Assembly: GCA_051294375.1 (NCBI GenBank)
Contig: CM119264.1
Span: forward strand, 17,733,157-17,797,156
Source of the DNA: Paraspadella gotoi
Lineage: Eukaryota; Animalia; Chaetognatha
Length of the DNA stretch: 64,000 bases
Direction of reading: 5' to 3'
Shown: positions 10,147 through 52,534 of the stretch, piece by piece
Layout: every line of letters starts with the position of its first letter
How positions within the stretch are numbered: position 1 is the stretch's first letter
The notes under the pieces: generated by a model
Told to the model about the DNA's origin: nothing
What the model saw: only the letters and a program-made list of their open reading frames with translations
The model's database searches: none
Position numbers and translations under genes: made by a program

Positions 10147-13100
10147 ATGTTATTTCCGGCAGCACTTGTCCAAACTAATACTCTTTTTCAATGGAGATTA
10201 TTTGCCAATTGTTTTTCGAATACTATCTACTTTAAACTTACAACGCTTGTTCAGCGACCCCGGACAATTAGCAAGTACCAAACGGGTCGATCCGTCTTCA
10301 CAAAAGCGGAAGTGGTGTTGACAAGCGAGCGCTATCCTGCGGTCCGTCGCGGAGCCTTCTCTCGCCTTGAAGATGGCGATTTGTCGCACTTCCGACGGCT
10401 GTTGCCCGATGGGGAACGAGTTGTTACAGATGGCGAAGCATTGGAGGCCGCCAATACAGATTGGCTAAAAATCGTAAGAGGGCAGAGCAAGTTGTTGCTC
10501 AAACCACGAACCACGGATGAAGTTTCCGCCATAATGACGTAAGTGGCTTTTCTCGGCAACAACGAATCAACGATTCTTTTTTATCGTCGCAATCGCTTTG
10601 CGTTTGCGACGATCTCGTAAAGCTTTTGCACATAAGTGGCATCGTCGTCGTCAACCATTGCGCTGATGAAGGTTCGAAATAAGAACCGAAACGTGTCCGA
10701 TTCATAAAAATAAACGTTAACAGAAAATCAAAATTCTTCTAGTACTTTGTAAACTAATTTTAAAAACAACGAAAAAGAACGAAAACTATACATGGAAAAA
10801 CACTATAATTTTCTCAAAAAAATTTTTAAAAAAGGACGTTTAAAGAAAGTTACACAATTTTTTGTGTCAGTTATTGTCATTCGCGCAATTTGGCCGTAGT
10901 CCCACAGGGTGGCAACACCGGCTTGGTCGGAGGGAGCGTCCCCGTATTTGACGAGGTTGTCATTTCTACCGCGCTCATGAACAAGGTCGTCTCATTGGAC
11001 CCCTTGAGGTATTTTTAAAAAAAGCCAATTGTGAATTTAGCTACTACTTACCAATGTGTATTGCTATTAAATTTAGTGGCGTTTTAGTCTGCCAGTCGGG
11101 GTGTATTCTGGAGTGGTTAGATGATTTCGTCAGTGCTCATGATTTGATGATGCCGTTGGATCTTGGTGCCAAAGGAAGCTGTCATATTGGCGGAAACGTA
11201 GCTACTAATGCGGGAGGAATAAGGCTGTTGCGATACGGTAACCTGCACGGAAGCGTATTGGGTGAGTTCGAAGGCTTTATGCTCTTTCAATTTAGTTTGA
11301 CCTAAAAGCAGTTTAAGGGAATAGTTTCGATGGAAAATACTAATTTTCTTCAGAAAACGTGTGGACTCAATAGAGATTATAAGGCCGGCCTCGCTTACAG
11401 ATTTTTGTATTATATTATGGCAAAGGGGGACTGATACCCAGGTTGTGAGGCATCGCAGGGCTTTGGACCTGCAGTGTCTACCCCATGTCACTGGCGTGAT
11501 TATACTTCGACCATCACACTTAACCTGCGGGACCATGAGGGGATTGAACCCGGAACTCACGGTTGGGAGGAGCTGATTTGACCATGCTATCCGGGAGGCG
11601 AATTTATGATTCTCCACAATACGTTATATTGTACGTCTGATGCCAAAGGAATGGCTATGTTTATTTATAGTGTTAATATTTAAGGTCTGGAAGCTGTTAT
11701 GGCTGACGGAGAAATCTTGAATTGCCTACAGACACTTCGGAAGGACAACACTGGCTTAGATTTGAAGCAACTGTTCATTGGATCGGAAGGCACCCTCGGT
11801 ATCATCACAGCGATTGCTATTCTTTGTCCAACCCGTCCACAAGCTGTGGCGACCGCTTTTCTTGCCTTGGAATCATATGAGGTAAAAATTTGTATTATTA
11901 TTTATATTATTGTCATCAACGAGAAGCCTGAAGCGAAGCCCTGCCCGAACGATCCGCGGGACCTGCAATGCAGCGGGAGCGAGAGCGACTGGACGAACGG
12001 CAGGAGATGCAGCAGGAGAGCGGGAGGAGATCGAGAGACGGTTCATGGGCTCACCCAACGAATAAGACTGAAAGGAGAGTTGGGAGAGCCAATTGTTGTT
12101 ATCATGAAAGTTGCAAAATTACTGGTTTCACTAACTACAATTTATAAAGGTCTTGGTGCTGAAACCTGATACGATCACTAATAAAATTAAATAGAATCTA
12201 TTGTGTCCCAATGGTACTGTCTGTTAACTTTTACATATCGTGCGGAACTATGTTGTTAAATTTCATTTCTTAGATAACAATGTCAAAGATAAGTTCTTAC
12301 CATTTATGATACTATATTTCGAATTCAATTTTTATCAATTTTTTTTTGCAAAATGATTCCTAGTTTTTCACTTTTTTAATTATTAAATTGTTTTATATTT
12401 AAAAATAAATTATATTTAGAAATTGCATCGAAAATATTTTAAATTGGTATAAAATAATTAAATTTTAATTTTGTATAAAATAAATGCATTAATAAAAATA
12501 AAAATGCATATATTAAAAAAACCCAAAAATTAATAAAAATATGCTAATTATTATGATGTATAAATTCTTTACAGTTTTGAGCGATTGAATCATTAAGCCA
12601 GAATGAAATGGTTGCTCTTTATTCAATAGATTATTATTAATTATTATTAAAATTAATATGTAACAAGATAATTTTCAAAAGAATGAATATAGCATTATAA
12701 AAGCTCTGTAGCTAACAATATGAGGTTGTTTTTATTTTGTTTTTTGAAAGATTATTTAATAAATATTATAAAAAATAATAATTAAATATTAAAAAATATA
12801 TAATTAAAAAAATCATGAAAAAAAATTTTACCAATTACTTTATATAATATCTATAAGTGTTGGCTTTGTTCAATTTTTAAAATTTATGTATCCTATAAAA
12901 TGGTCTTGTGCGCTAATTCGCGATATTCAAGTTATTCGCGATTCAAGTTTTTCGATCTGGCATAGGAGTAGTAAGCTTTTATTAACAGTACCATTGGGAC
13001 ACACTGTATTTCCGGGATGATTTTGCCCATGCTCTTTTGCATAATTTCATCGCGGAATCTTCTGCAGAACGTTTTAAAAACCCTCGCGCTCTGCAAGTCA

Positions 13101-13910
13101 CGTTTGGGCGAAATTCTTTCTGCATTCGAGTTGATCGACGGAGAATCGATGTCCGTCGTGACGAACAATTTGGCCCTCGATAATTTGACCAACGAGTCTC
13201 CCTTTTATGTACTCATCGAAACGTCGGGTTCCAACGCAGGTTCGTCCTTTTTTGTTATTGCTATTTGCTATTGTTATTGCTATTACTAATTTCAATTTTT
13301 CGTCAGAACACGATTCTCACAAGTTAAGTACATTTGTTGAAACGGTCCTCGCTTCCTCCTTCGTTTCGGATGGAGTTTTGGCGACCGATTCGGTCAGGAT
13401 CGCCTCCATGTGGAGTTTACGCGAAAGAATCGCAGAGGCGTTGCTAAGAGATGGTTATTGCTACAAGTACGACATCTCGTTGCCTCAGAACCTTTTCTAC
13501 GATGCAGTGGAGGTTGTACGGTCGCGTTTAAAGGACGAAAACGTCGTCAGGGTTTGCGGGTGAGAGTTCAAGCTTCGCAAAACACGGTTCCATTTTTTTG
13601 AATCCCATATCCCGCGCTTTTCAGCTATGGCCATGTAGGCGATGGAAATCTTCACCTAAATGTTACGACGCGAACTTTTGATGCAAATGTGAGTGCTCTG
13701 CTCGAGCCCTTTATCTTCGAGTGGACATCGAAGCATCACGGGAGTGTCTCTGCCGAACACGGCCTTGGCTTTAAGAAGCGTAATTACATTGGCTATACAA
13801 AATCTCCCGTTGCCGTCGCCCGCATGAAAGATTTAAAAAATCTTTTCGATCCTCAGGGGATTCTGAATCCGTACAAAGTTTTTCCAGATTCAATGGAGGG
13901 AGTGAGATAA
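10147..13910 (+). CDS. D2HGDH: D-2-hydroxyglutarate dehydrogenase, mitochondrial; exons 10147-10538, 10871-11008, 11077-11261, 11685-11881, 13068-13239, 13307-13559, 13625-13910
   Basis: [100 protein letters not shown]. Confidence 0.97.
11417..11597 (-). mobile_element. tRNA-derived SINE with shared 3' tail
   Basis: Minus strand has box B GGTTCAATCC, then GTGAC...GTCCAAAGCCC...GATGCC-loop-GGTATC...TTGCCATAAT. Confidence 0.6.
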
Positions 13911-14954
13911 AAACGTCAGAAAAAAATATAACAATCAACTGATTTACGTTAGGTGTCGGACCGTCGGTAATTTAGAGACCAAGTCCAAGGCGTATAATCA
14001 ATGATTCAAAATTTATCGCCTGCAAATTTCCTCAAAATATTTTGAAAAGAAGGGGGCCTACCTGTGCGCGGTTTGTTTGTTAATTTTGAGCAATCTCTAA
14101 ATTGTAATCATGATTTTTTTAGTGATTTAAAATTGGGCTAAATTGTACATTTATTTGTTTTTCGTTTTTTATGAGCGAGTTTTTATGCAAAAAAAAAAAG
14201 CTGGTGGTAAGACTAAGAGCAAAAACTTTTCCTAATTAATAAAAAATGAACCAAAAAAAAAATAATTTTAATTAAAATTCGTTGTTACTTTCGAATAATA
14301 CTAAATATATAAATATGTTTTTTAATTAACAAAAAATGAAGAAACAAAAAAATTCAAGCTGAAACTTGACGAATATTGTTTTGAGAAAGAGCTATACTTT
14401 TCGGTAAATTTTGTTTAACCAATAACCATCATTTGCTTATGAGTTGGATAAAATGCACATAATTAAGCATGGTTAAGCAAAATAAAACAAAATATATTGC
14501 TCTTTCTGAAAAAAATATTCGTTATCTTATAAATAAATATTTTGTACCAAATTCGATGTTTCTAATTAATATTCGAATCTGTCTCGAGAAATAAGCTTTC
14601 TTTCAGGACGGCTTTTTTTGAACGGAAAACATTGTAAAATCGATTGAATTGAATACCAGTTTTTATTTATATCCGACTCAGTAAATTTCATTGAAAACTT
14701 GTATTGCCTCTAATCTTGATCCTCTTCTTTTTTTTCGTTATTCATTATTACTGATCAACAAATGAAAGCACTGTGGTAAGTCGCCTCAGCACATACGTAT
14801 TTTCATCGTCTGTTTCTAATTTTCTTTTTCAGTTTCTCGATTAAATGAATCGAAATTGTAGTATGTAATATAAACATATTGAACAATTGTGGGAATTTAT
14901 TAAAGAAAACATCTGACTTATTTATTTTTCCAAGAATCTCAGTTCGTAGAAATC

Positions 14955-40352
<25,398 letters not shown>

Positions 40353-40925
40353 TGCAAGTTCTTCTTGGTTTATTCTCATTGGTTACAAAATCAATAGACT
40401 CGAGGCAGATCACCATACAACGAATTAGAAGCCCCTTTTACAACGCTTCCAATTAGCTATATACTGGCTATTTGTTTAAATTTTACTAATGATGGGAGGC
40501 CTTGATAATCGATTAATATTATTATCATTATTACAAATTTACACATTTATTCATCTTCTTTTGCGTGAGCAAAGTTGTGATAACTTCGTCCAAGTTTTCC
40601 ATAATCAAAATTTACTGTTTATTGTAGAACAATGACTTATTATTTTCATCGTTTGCTTTACTCGGAATAAAAACTTATTCAATTTTCAATTTTTTCAATT
40701 TAATGACCGAGTTAGGAATTAAATGTATGGGAACTGATGGTCCGTATTTAGTAACCAGAAACGGAACTTCAAACTTCAAACTACAAAAGATCGGCAAAAG
40801 TAAGATTAAATATTGGAAAAAAGGTTAAATTCTATCATGTTGCTCCTCTCCACCACGCCAATGCNNNNNNNNNNNNNNCCATGAAGAATCCCGGTTCCAC
40901 TTGGAACCATAAATTTAACTTTTTA

Positions 40926-43900
40926 TTACTTCCCTTTAGTGTGATCTGCCATCCTAGAGTTGAGAAATGAGAAGTGTTCTGACTAAAGTATCAAAATGCT
41001 AAGTAATCATTCTCATTATATATTTGCAATTTAAGATAATTTTTTGTTCATATTGATTAACAAGCAATTAGTCTCGATTTTATAAATGTGAAAATTATAT
41101 ACTTTTGCATACCGTACTTCAAACCTGGAAAGCAGTGGGAATAGTTAATAAAGCGCTTGTGATAATTTTTTGTCATGTTTATTTTCAAATTTTCGTATTT
41201 TTTTTTATTAATCTTTTTTAATTCTTACTAATTTTAGTCAGATCTGCTTATAGCAGATTCCGACTCAATAATTCACTTCGCCGGCCCGTCGTTCCTACCC
41301 CCAAATCTTGTCAGTAAATCATTTTTAATACATCAGAACATCGAATTATGATAAATTATGCAAAAAAAGTCTGTTCGTCCTACCTTAGCAATAATCTTTA
41401 ACTACTCGTGATTGAAATCCAATTTGGATGGTGAGATTGGAATAAAATTTTGTGAGTGGGTAGGAAACTGTATGATTGAACTGGATATAAAGTTTTGATG
41501 GAATCGTGGAAATTAGTTTAATTGGAAAAAACCAAGTCGAGTTGACTTGAATTTTTATTATTTATGCTTATTCATAAATGTTTTAATTAATTAGTTAAAG
41601 TGAAAAATGATGCAATTTTAAAAAAGATGCAAGTTGAAAAAATTATTAGAGTTAAAAAAATGATATAAATTGAAAAGATAATAGTTAAAAAAATTATTTG
41701 TACTTTATTTGTAATTATTTCTACCATAGTAACAGTTCAGTTTAATCCTTTACAAACGATTTATATGTATTGGCGCAGCCACTGGTTTGGTATGGTACGA
41801 TCGGTTATTATCAGTTACGATCACAAATTGACAGTATTATCGTGATTTATCATTTAACTGATTACCGCTTAATTATCGTAGGCAGATCCGACCCCGTTTG
41901 CTCAAACTTGTTTTTAAATATTCGATTTCACTCCGAACGTAATATTTAATGGTTTTCACTCAAACTCAACAAAAGAGCTTCGACACCGTTTTTCACCGAA
42001 GTCAATTTTTCCGGAATATTCAATGAGTTGGGTTGTAAATGTGAATCCAACATTTTCCTTAAAATAAGTAAATTATAGTCATTGTATGTCCAAAAGTCAG
42101 TGGCAAGATAGATGATTTATTGAATGAATGGATGTTGGATAATTTTTATTTATATAATTATTTTTATTATTTTATTAATTATTGTTACTCCCCTCCCCAC
42201 CAAATGCCAATGCCCAATTTAGGTCTAGTTTGTGCGTGACTGAACTGGTTTTAAAGTTTCAAATCTTCAAGCCTTTTTGTGGAAACTGTCCGAGGCTTGG
42301 TGAGGTTGCTACGCCCCCTTGTGTACCTTAATGAAATAATCAAAGCATATAAATATTCCAGCCGCACTTGCCGGTATAGATATATCAGGCAATAATACTA
42401 CTAATAATCACTATAAAACACGAACAGTTACAATTAATCACAGAATAAATACGGAAGACGACGAAGACTTATAAACGTTTTTTAGTTCAAAAAGAGTTGT
42501 TCAAACGCCGAATCCCGAATGATCGCGATACAGAGAGACGGTGAGACAAAAGTCAATAACTCTCTTATTCGGGAGACTAAAAGAGCATCTTAGTTATGGT
42601 TGTCTGGACTTTACATCTAGAGTATACGCAGTGTATTGTATGATGTAATTTTTAAAATTCTTAGGAAGTTACTCACAAAACATCATGAATCTCGAAATCC
42701 GCGAGAGAAATGTTCGTCCCAAGTGTGAAATCGCCCAAGATAAATTCGTTAATGTTTGGTATTATTTTATCAAGCTTGAATTGAAGTTTCTGGGAAGCGT
42801 TTTTAAATGTCAACCATTTAATTGCATGCAGCTTGATGTAAAATATTTGGAATGACATAATTGAAATGCTACCGTATTTTCTCACCTGACTTATCTCCTT
42901 TTTTAAAATTTCTTTACCATCATTTTCCGTCATTTCGTATAGGGGTCTTAAAAAACTTGCAATGTCCAACCTCATAAACTCTTGAACCATGTCCACGTGA
43001 AGCTCCTGCAGGAAAGCGGAAACAGATTTCAATAAATTTTAATAATGTTTTTTTCGCCGCGAGTAACTCTATAGGTCAATTTTGGTCGGTCGGTCCGTCT
43101 TTCCGCCGGTCTGTCCTACTTACGTTTTAAATGTTCTTAACTAATGTACACTAACGCATTGATTAGGTTCATATTTGTTTTAAAGTTAAGTTATCATAAG
43201 ATCTTTCATGTGCAAAATATATCATACTTGCGTAGTTACGGGATTATTTTTAGAACAAGTTTGAGCAAACAATGTCGGATCTGCCCACGATCATTAGCGG
43301 TAATTTATTAATAAATTAATTAATTAATTTGAAATGATATTTTTATTTTTAGGTTTTCGTCACTGACCACGACAAAAGTAACGACGACGATGATGGCGAC
43401 GATGACAATAATGCCGATAATGATTTAATTGATTAATTGATTAAATAATTAATTAATAGATAAATTAATTGATTGTTTGAATATTTCATAAATTGATTGG
43501 CTGATTAATTATTAATTAATTAATTAATTGATTAATTTACTAATTAATAATTAATTAAAGAATAAGGTTTTTTGTTTTTTCCAATTCAATTCATTTCCAT
43601 TCAGAAGATTCCATCGAAACTTGCTTTCCAGCTTAATTACACACTTTCCTACCCACATAAAAAATTTCAAGTCAATCGCTCCATCCATCCATCTAAGGTG
43701 AGACGGACGGACAGACAGGGACGGATGTACATCTTTTTTTTGGTATAATTTATCATAATTCGATACTCTGACATGATATAAATGATTGAGGGGGTAGACC
43801 GACGGACCGACAAAGTGAATTATAAAGTCGGGATCTTCTGATAAGCAGTTCCGACTAAAATTCACTGACCGGGAAGATCAAGTAAATGTAAAATTTTACC

Positions 43901-45051
43901 GATATATATTTTGAAACAAATATTGTATGTAAACAATATTAAAAGGTTTCTCGCCTTAAATAATCTCAAAACGTAACGAATCAGAAAAAATAAGATATTT
44001 TAGTCATTCTTAAATGGCAGACTGTAAATGTAAATACGGTCACGTGGGTTAAACGCACCATCGCGCTTCTATGAATCAGCAAATCGTGAACCCAAGGGGG
44101 GCGCCATAGATGCTGCTGACTCTCCGACGAGTGACATGCGTTTTATTTGGGTAATGAAAATAAAAATTTTACCGTTGCCGTCACCCAAATAACAATTTAT
44201 TCGTTTACTAGGTTTAATATTAATACATTTTAAAAAAACAATTTAGAAGAAGATTTTAGTGTAATGTGACCTACCTCCTCTGGGGTTTTTCCCATGAGAT
44301 TAAACTTTTTGCTCAAATAACGAGCAATGGAAGTTTGTTGACAGTATTTTTTGCCATTGAATTCAAGCACCGGCAATTGACTGAATTTTCAAAAGTAAAA
44401 GTTTTCTTTCAAAGACTCATTTACGTAGTGTATGCTTCTGAAATTCGCAGCTTCTCTATTATATCGATAATCTACCCCGTGGTTTAATCGATGCTTTATG
44501 TCGATTTTAATACTAATAAAAATAATTTAGAGAGTGCAATAATATTTTATTTAATTTTATTTTATAACTATTGAGGTTTGCTTTTGATTTAACAAAAAAA
44601 TCTATTAAATTTCAAATGTGTGAACATAATAAAATTAGTACTAAAAACGTATAGTTCATATAATATGGATTTATTGTGGAAAAAATTTAAATATTTTTAT
44701 CAAGTGAGAAATGGTTAAGATTCTCGATTAGACAGAAGATACGGGTCAATTCAGTCAATTCAGCAAGTAACTTTTATATGTAAATAAATGAGTTACCCTA
44801 AAGGCATTCCTGCCCTGGCCGCATCGTCCCATGTTATCTCGTCCATCCTAATTTTTTGAATTAATAACAGTATTACTTAAAAATCAGTTTTGATTTGGGT
44901 CTATGTCAAGAGCCTTTCATCTTTACCCTGGTTGCTCCTGTTGCACGGAATACTTGATTTCCTCCAATTGATTGCCTCGGTATTTCATTATGTTGTTAAC
45001 AAGTCCGCCGAATCCAGGGATTTTACAGTAGTGTAATTTGTAAGTCGCCAT
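40926..45051 (-). CDS. Divergent sigma-like glutathione S-transferase; exons 45051-44927, 44847-44797, 44380-44275, 43005-42886, 42789-42677, 42057-~41990; 3' end uncertain
   Basis: MATYKLHYCKIPG..., MPLGQLPVLEFNGKKYCQQTSIARYLSKKFNLMGKTPEEELHVDMV, FTLGTNISLADFEIHDVL. First five introns are phase-consistent; last exon(s) not resolved. Confidence 0.8.
41232..41915 (+). mobile_element. HINE-like element, family B (diverged), probably in a GST intron
   Basis: Both family B ends present. Confidence 0.65.
43250..43862 (-). mobile_element. HINE-like element, family B, inverted, in a GST intron
   Basis: Reverse complement of family B ends (ACAAGTTTGAGCAAACAATGTCGGATCTGC ... CCGACTAAAA). Confidence 0.75.
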
Positions 45052-47523
45052 TTTTGCTTAATTGTATTGTTCGATTCTTCAAAAAATAGTAAAGTGTAAA
45101 ATGTTAACGCTTTCAAATATCGTTATTTTAAAACTAGAGAAAGAAAGGTTTGCGAAATATTATCTTGAAACTAAATGTCCATTTTTTTTTTTAATCGAAT
45201 GCGACGAAAAACTAAGGAAATGAGGGCGTCGTTGTCTACAGCTTTTCTTCGTAGGCTATTATTAATTATAATCAACCGAGGACAATTAAGTTCGATGGCA
45301 GTTTTTACCACTTTTCAACAAGACGGAAGGCTTATTATATTTTCAGGTTATTAAAGAAATAAAACGCAGATTTTAAAGACTTTTAATTGTCTAGTTCTGA
45401 AACTCGAATAACAAGTCGAGACATTTTTCAAAAAAAGCTTTCGCTTAAAAAAAAATGGAAGGAATGAGGGAAATAAATAACCGATTGCGATAAAATGCAA
45501 TTAAATGTCCTTTAGAGACAATTGTCATAAAATGCTACTTTATTCGAATCGGGGAAAATCGTGATGATTGTGACTGTGAGAAGTCGATCTCTGAACCGGT
45601 TTTTTAACATAAAGTCTTTATTAAAGAGCCAAAATATTTCTAAAATTTCGAATAATGTTTATTCTTGAGAAATAATTACGAAGCATAAAAAAGTGCCAAC
45701 TTTGAGTTTGTGGGATAATAAAAACTGATGTGCTTAAAATAAGTGTACATTTCCCCGAATTATCCGGTATTTTCGTTGATTTACAGCCTAATATCTTGAC
45801 ATATATATTTTTTGCTTATATTTTCGCTTATATTTTGAAGACTTTCCATGGGTTGCTTATTTGAAGCGTAGTAGAACTAAAAGTTGCTCAGGAGAATAGG
45901 ATTATAAAAATCTTGCTGAAGTGGGCGGCCATATTTTCCGAAGAGATGCACAAGAAGGTGGGGGGGGGGTGAAGAAAAATAAAAGTGCTTACGTAACTTC
46001 AAAATTATAAAACTATAAAAGTATTAATTAAATATAAAATCGATAGAAAGGCCAACACGTAAGCGATTTAGATAGTTACTTCTCCTCCTACGACTCCATA
46101 CTTCGCTACCTCACTACCTTATGCTATGCTATTACTTTTTCCATACTTTTATCCAGTTATTTTAATATGTACAAACATATAAATAATATATATATAAGTA
46201 TGTATGCATTAGTATAAACAATTTACGCCATGATCATTGCATTTGCCAAGTTCAGAGCGTTTCGTTTTTCCCTTTCTTCAAGCTGTTACTTTTTTCTTTT
46301 CATAATTTTTTTACATTTTTACAATGACGCTTGGGTTACTGAGCCATGTTGGGGAAAATCTCGACGATGATTGGTCCGACGCTCTGCAGATAGTGAATCC
46401 GCTGTGAATCTCACCATCATCGATTTTAGCTCCCTTTTTCACCGAATACTTTTTTTTTTCGTTTTTTCGAACGTACAATTTTCAAAATTATTTCGTCGGT
46501 CAAAATCATAGGGGCGTCCGTCGGGAGACGCCAAGGTAGAATTCTAAACTTTCAATTTGTCTTTCACTCATCACACTTAACTTTTTTTTAAACGATTCCG
46601 ACGGATCGTCTCGCAGGTTTCCCGGTCATCTTCTCCTGGCGACGTCCTCCGTCCCAGACTCCGATTCTCAACTTGTGCGCTTTTTTCTGTGAGCCTCACA
46701 TCGGACGGCGTGGTTTTTCTTTTCGTGGTGAACTTTTGTACGCGGGTCACGTCACGCAGATTGAAGAGATGGCGCGGAGGCAGCGAGATATGGAAGCTAA
46801 AATGTGGCGCTTGGAGCATGGATTGGGGAGACTGGGAAGCTTGATCGGGTAAATTATGTCGTTCTGGGCGCTATGAGCCTGGAACCAATGGGTGACGACT
46901 GACGAACGCACAAATGACCTTTTAGGAAAACTCCTAAAGACTGGACTGAAGCCCTTGGTTGCGGATACTGCGTGAAAACGTCTGTCATGAGCGAAAATCA
47001 ATGGTGAGATCGTCAATCACAGTGTTGTCGTCTCCGAATTATTGTTTGTTTGTTTGTTGATGATGATTGTACTGAATCAACCTTGTATTCGAATAAAATC
47101 GCATATTATTCTTTTCAATATCTTTAGGACCGAAAGTGAGAAATCAAGATGTCACTTCCTCACCTCCAATAACGACAAAAAACAAAATAGATCCTCGTGG
47201 AAATCTAGCAAAAGGTCCTAGACGGAATGAGTGGCTCTAAAAACGCTTTCAGTCAACTTTTATTCTTTTTTTTTATAATCAAAACTTTGAGTCGATAAGT
47301 GATGCGCGGGGCTTGATTTTTTTTGTTTTCCACGTTGTTACGTACGGTCGTTGTGTTCACGAATTAGCCGTTAAAAAAAATGTCGCGTGAAAGTCGACTT
47401 TTGCTCCACCAATTAATTTTCATTAGTTTATTTCCTATTCTTAGCTAGTGCCCAAGCTGTAACCAAGCTAGATAAGTTTTGATAAAAACGAATCTTCTCC
47501 ATAAAAAAAAAAAAACGTTCAAG

Positions 47524-50964
<3,441 letters not shown>

Positions 50965-52508
50965 CAATTGTTTTCTTTCTCTTTTCAAATAAAAAAAAAA
51001 ATTACGAAAATTGTTACAACTTTAAAAAAATAAAAGAAATTAAAATCATAATTAATGTCAAAGAGTGAATACCTTGTTCGCGTAATGAAGAAAGTCTGTG
51101 TCGAATAATTAGTTATTTAGTCGTTTAACGCGTCTGTACTGAACTACAGAGCTGCGGGCATTTGCCCCAAATCGGCATCATTGATAAAGTGAGAAAGAAA
51201 AACTAGTTTTCTCACGTTTTGACCCACTTCAGTAACTATCTGTCATGTTTTTTTTTCATCCTATCTTTCAGTACCGTATGATTTGACTCAGCGTGGGACC
51301 ATTGAAAGTACGCCGTCTAATGACGTAGAAGGTGATTGAATATAGTTTTCCGGTAAATTTATCATGTGTTTAGTTATAGGGAAGAGTCTTAAATCGGGAA
51401 ACCCTATGAGTGAATAACTGAATAACCTAAACATTGATGTTTTAAAAAAATATATAAAAGGAACTCTGCAAAAACGATTCTTATACCACTTTACCATCTT
51501 TTATTAATTTATACAATTTACTAGATCTTTTTTTTTCTATTTGACAAGTCCGACTTCGATTAGGCCCCCTGTGATTCGGTGACAAACGCATCAATCAAAG
51601 AAATGGGTCAAAAAACAAAAGCCATCGAGTTTTATACAAAAACAATGAATCTTTTATCAATACATTATCCAAATTTAAAAAAACGACGGTACTATAGTTC
51701 TAAGCGGTATGAAAACTTGTGAACTTCGAACGATTACAGGGATACTTTTTAGGTTTGGTACCTCTAAAGTTTGGAACTTATTTTGCCGTAAGAGTTTTGT
51801 ACCCAAGTAACGCTGAACCATAGTCTGGTGTGATTTCGGACGCGGCGACTGCCGCTGCCTCTGCTTTCCTCAGCTTCCCAACATTCGTTAAGCTTACACA
51901 GCAGACGATCTACAGTTAGGGCTCCCAACTTTCAGGATTATTAGTACAGCCTATAAATATTATAATTTTTTCATTTTTAAAAAAATTGCAAATTATCTTT
52001 AAAAACTTTGAAATGACATGTATTTTTTTGTTTACAAAAAAAATAAATTAAAAAAAATTCTTTCTGTTTATTTAAAAATTTATTAAAAGTTTTATAAATT
52101 ATTTAATTTTTTAATCACTCTTCCCCAACCAGTTTGGCCTTTTGACTGTATTCGCGAGGTTGTAGTAAAGGAGAGTCGAACGATGGGACGGCTCAAAATA
52201 AAAAAAAAAGCAAGAAGGTTAGGAATATAGTACTGCTCTTTCACCACCGCTCTCGGTCGTCGTCGTCGTTGTTCTCGTCGTCGTCGTTCCTTCGTCGCTC
52301 TACTCGTCGTCGTCGTTCGGCCTCGAAAAAATCTATCCAGCTCATCAGACAAGCTGCGGCCTACAAAAACGCAGAAGAGGAGAGGAGACGAAAAAATTAA
52401 AACGGGGGGAGAAACCCGAATCAAAATGGAGGAGAAAATCAGGAGAAAAAGGAAATCAAAGCTGAAATCGGGAGAAACGGAATCTACTGTGGACGTCTCT
52501 CCACCATA

Positions 52509-52534
52509 ATGGGATCATCTCCCTCGCCTGTACA
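52509..52534 (+). CDS. Possible first coding exon (MGSSPSPV) of a gene whose remaining exons were not identified
   Basis: ATG followed by an MGxxxS myristoylation-like pattern and a consensus CA|GTAAGT donor, downstream of a CpG-rich segment at 52250-52350. Confidence 0.3.
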
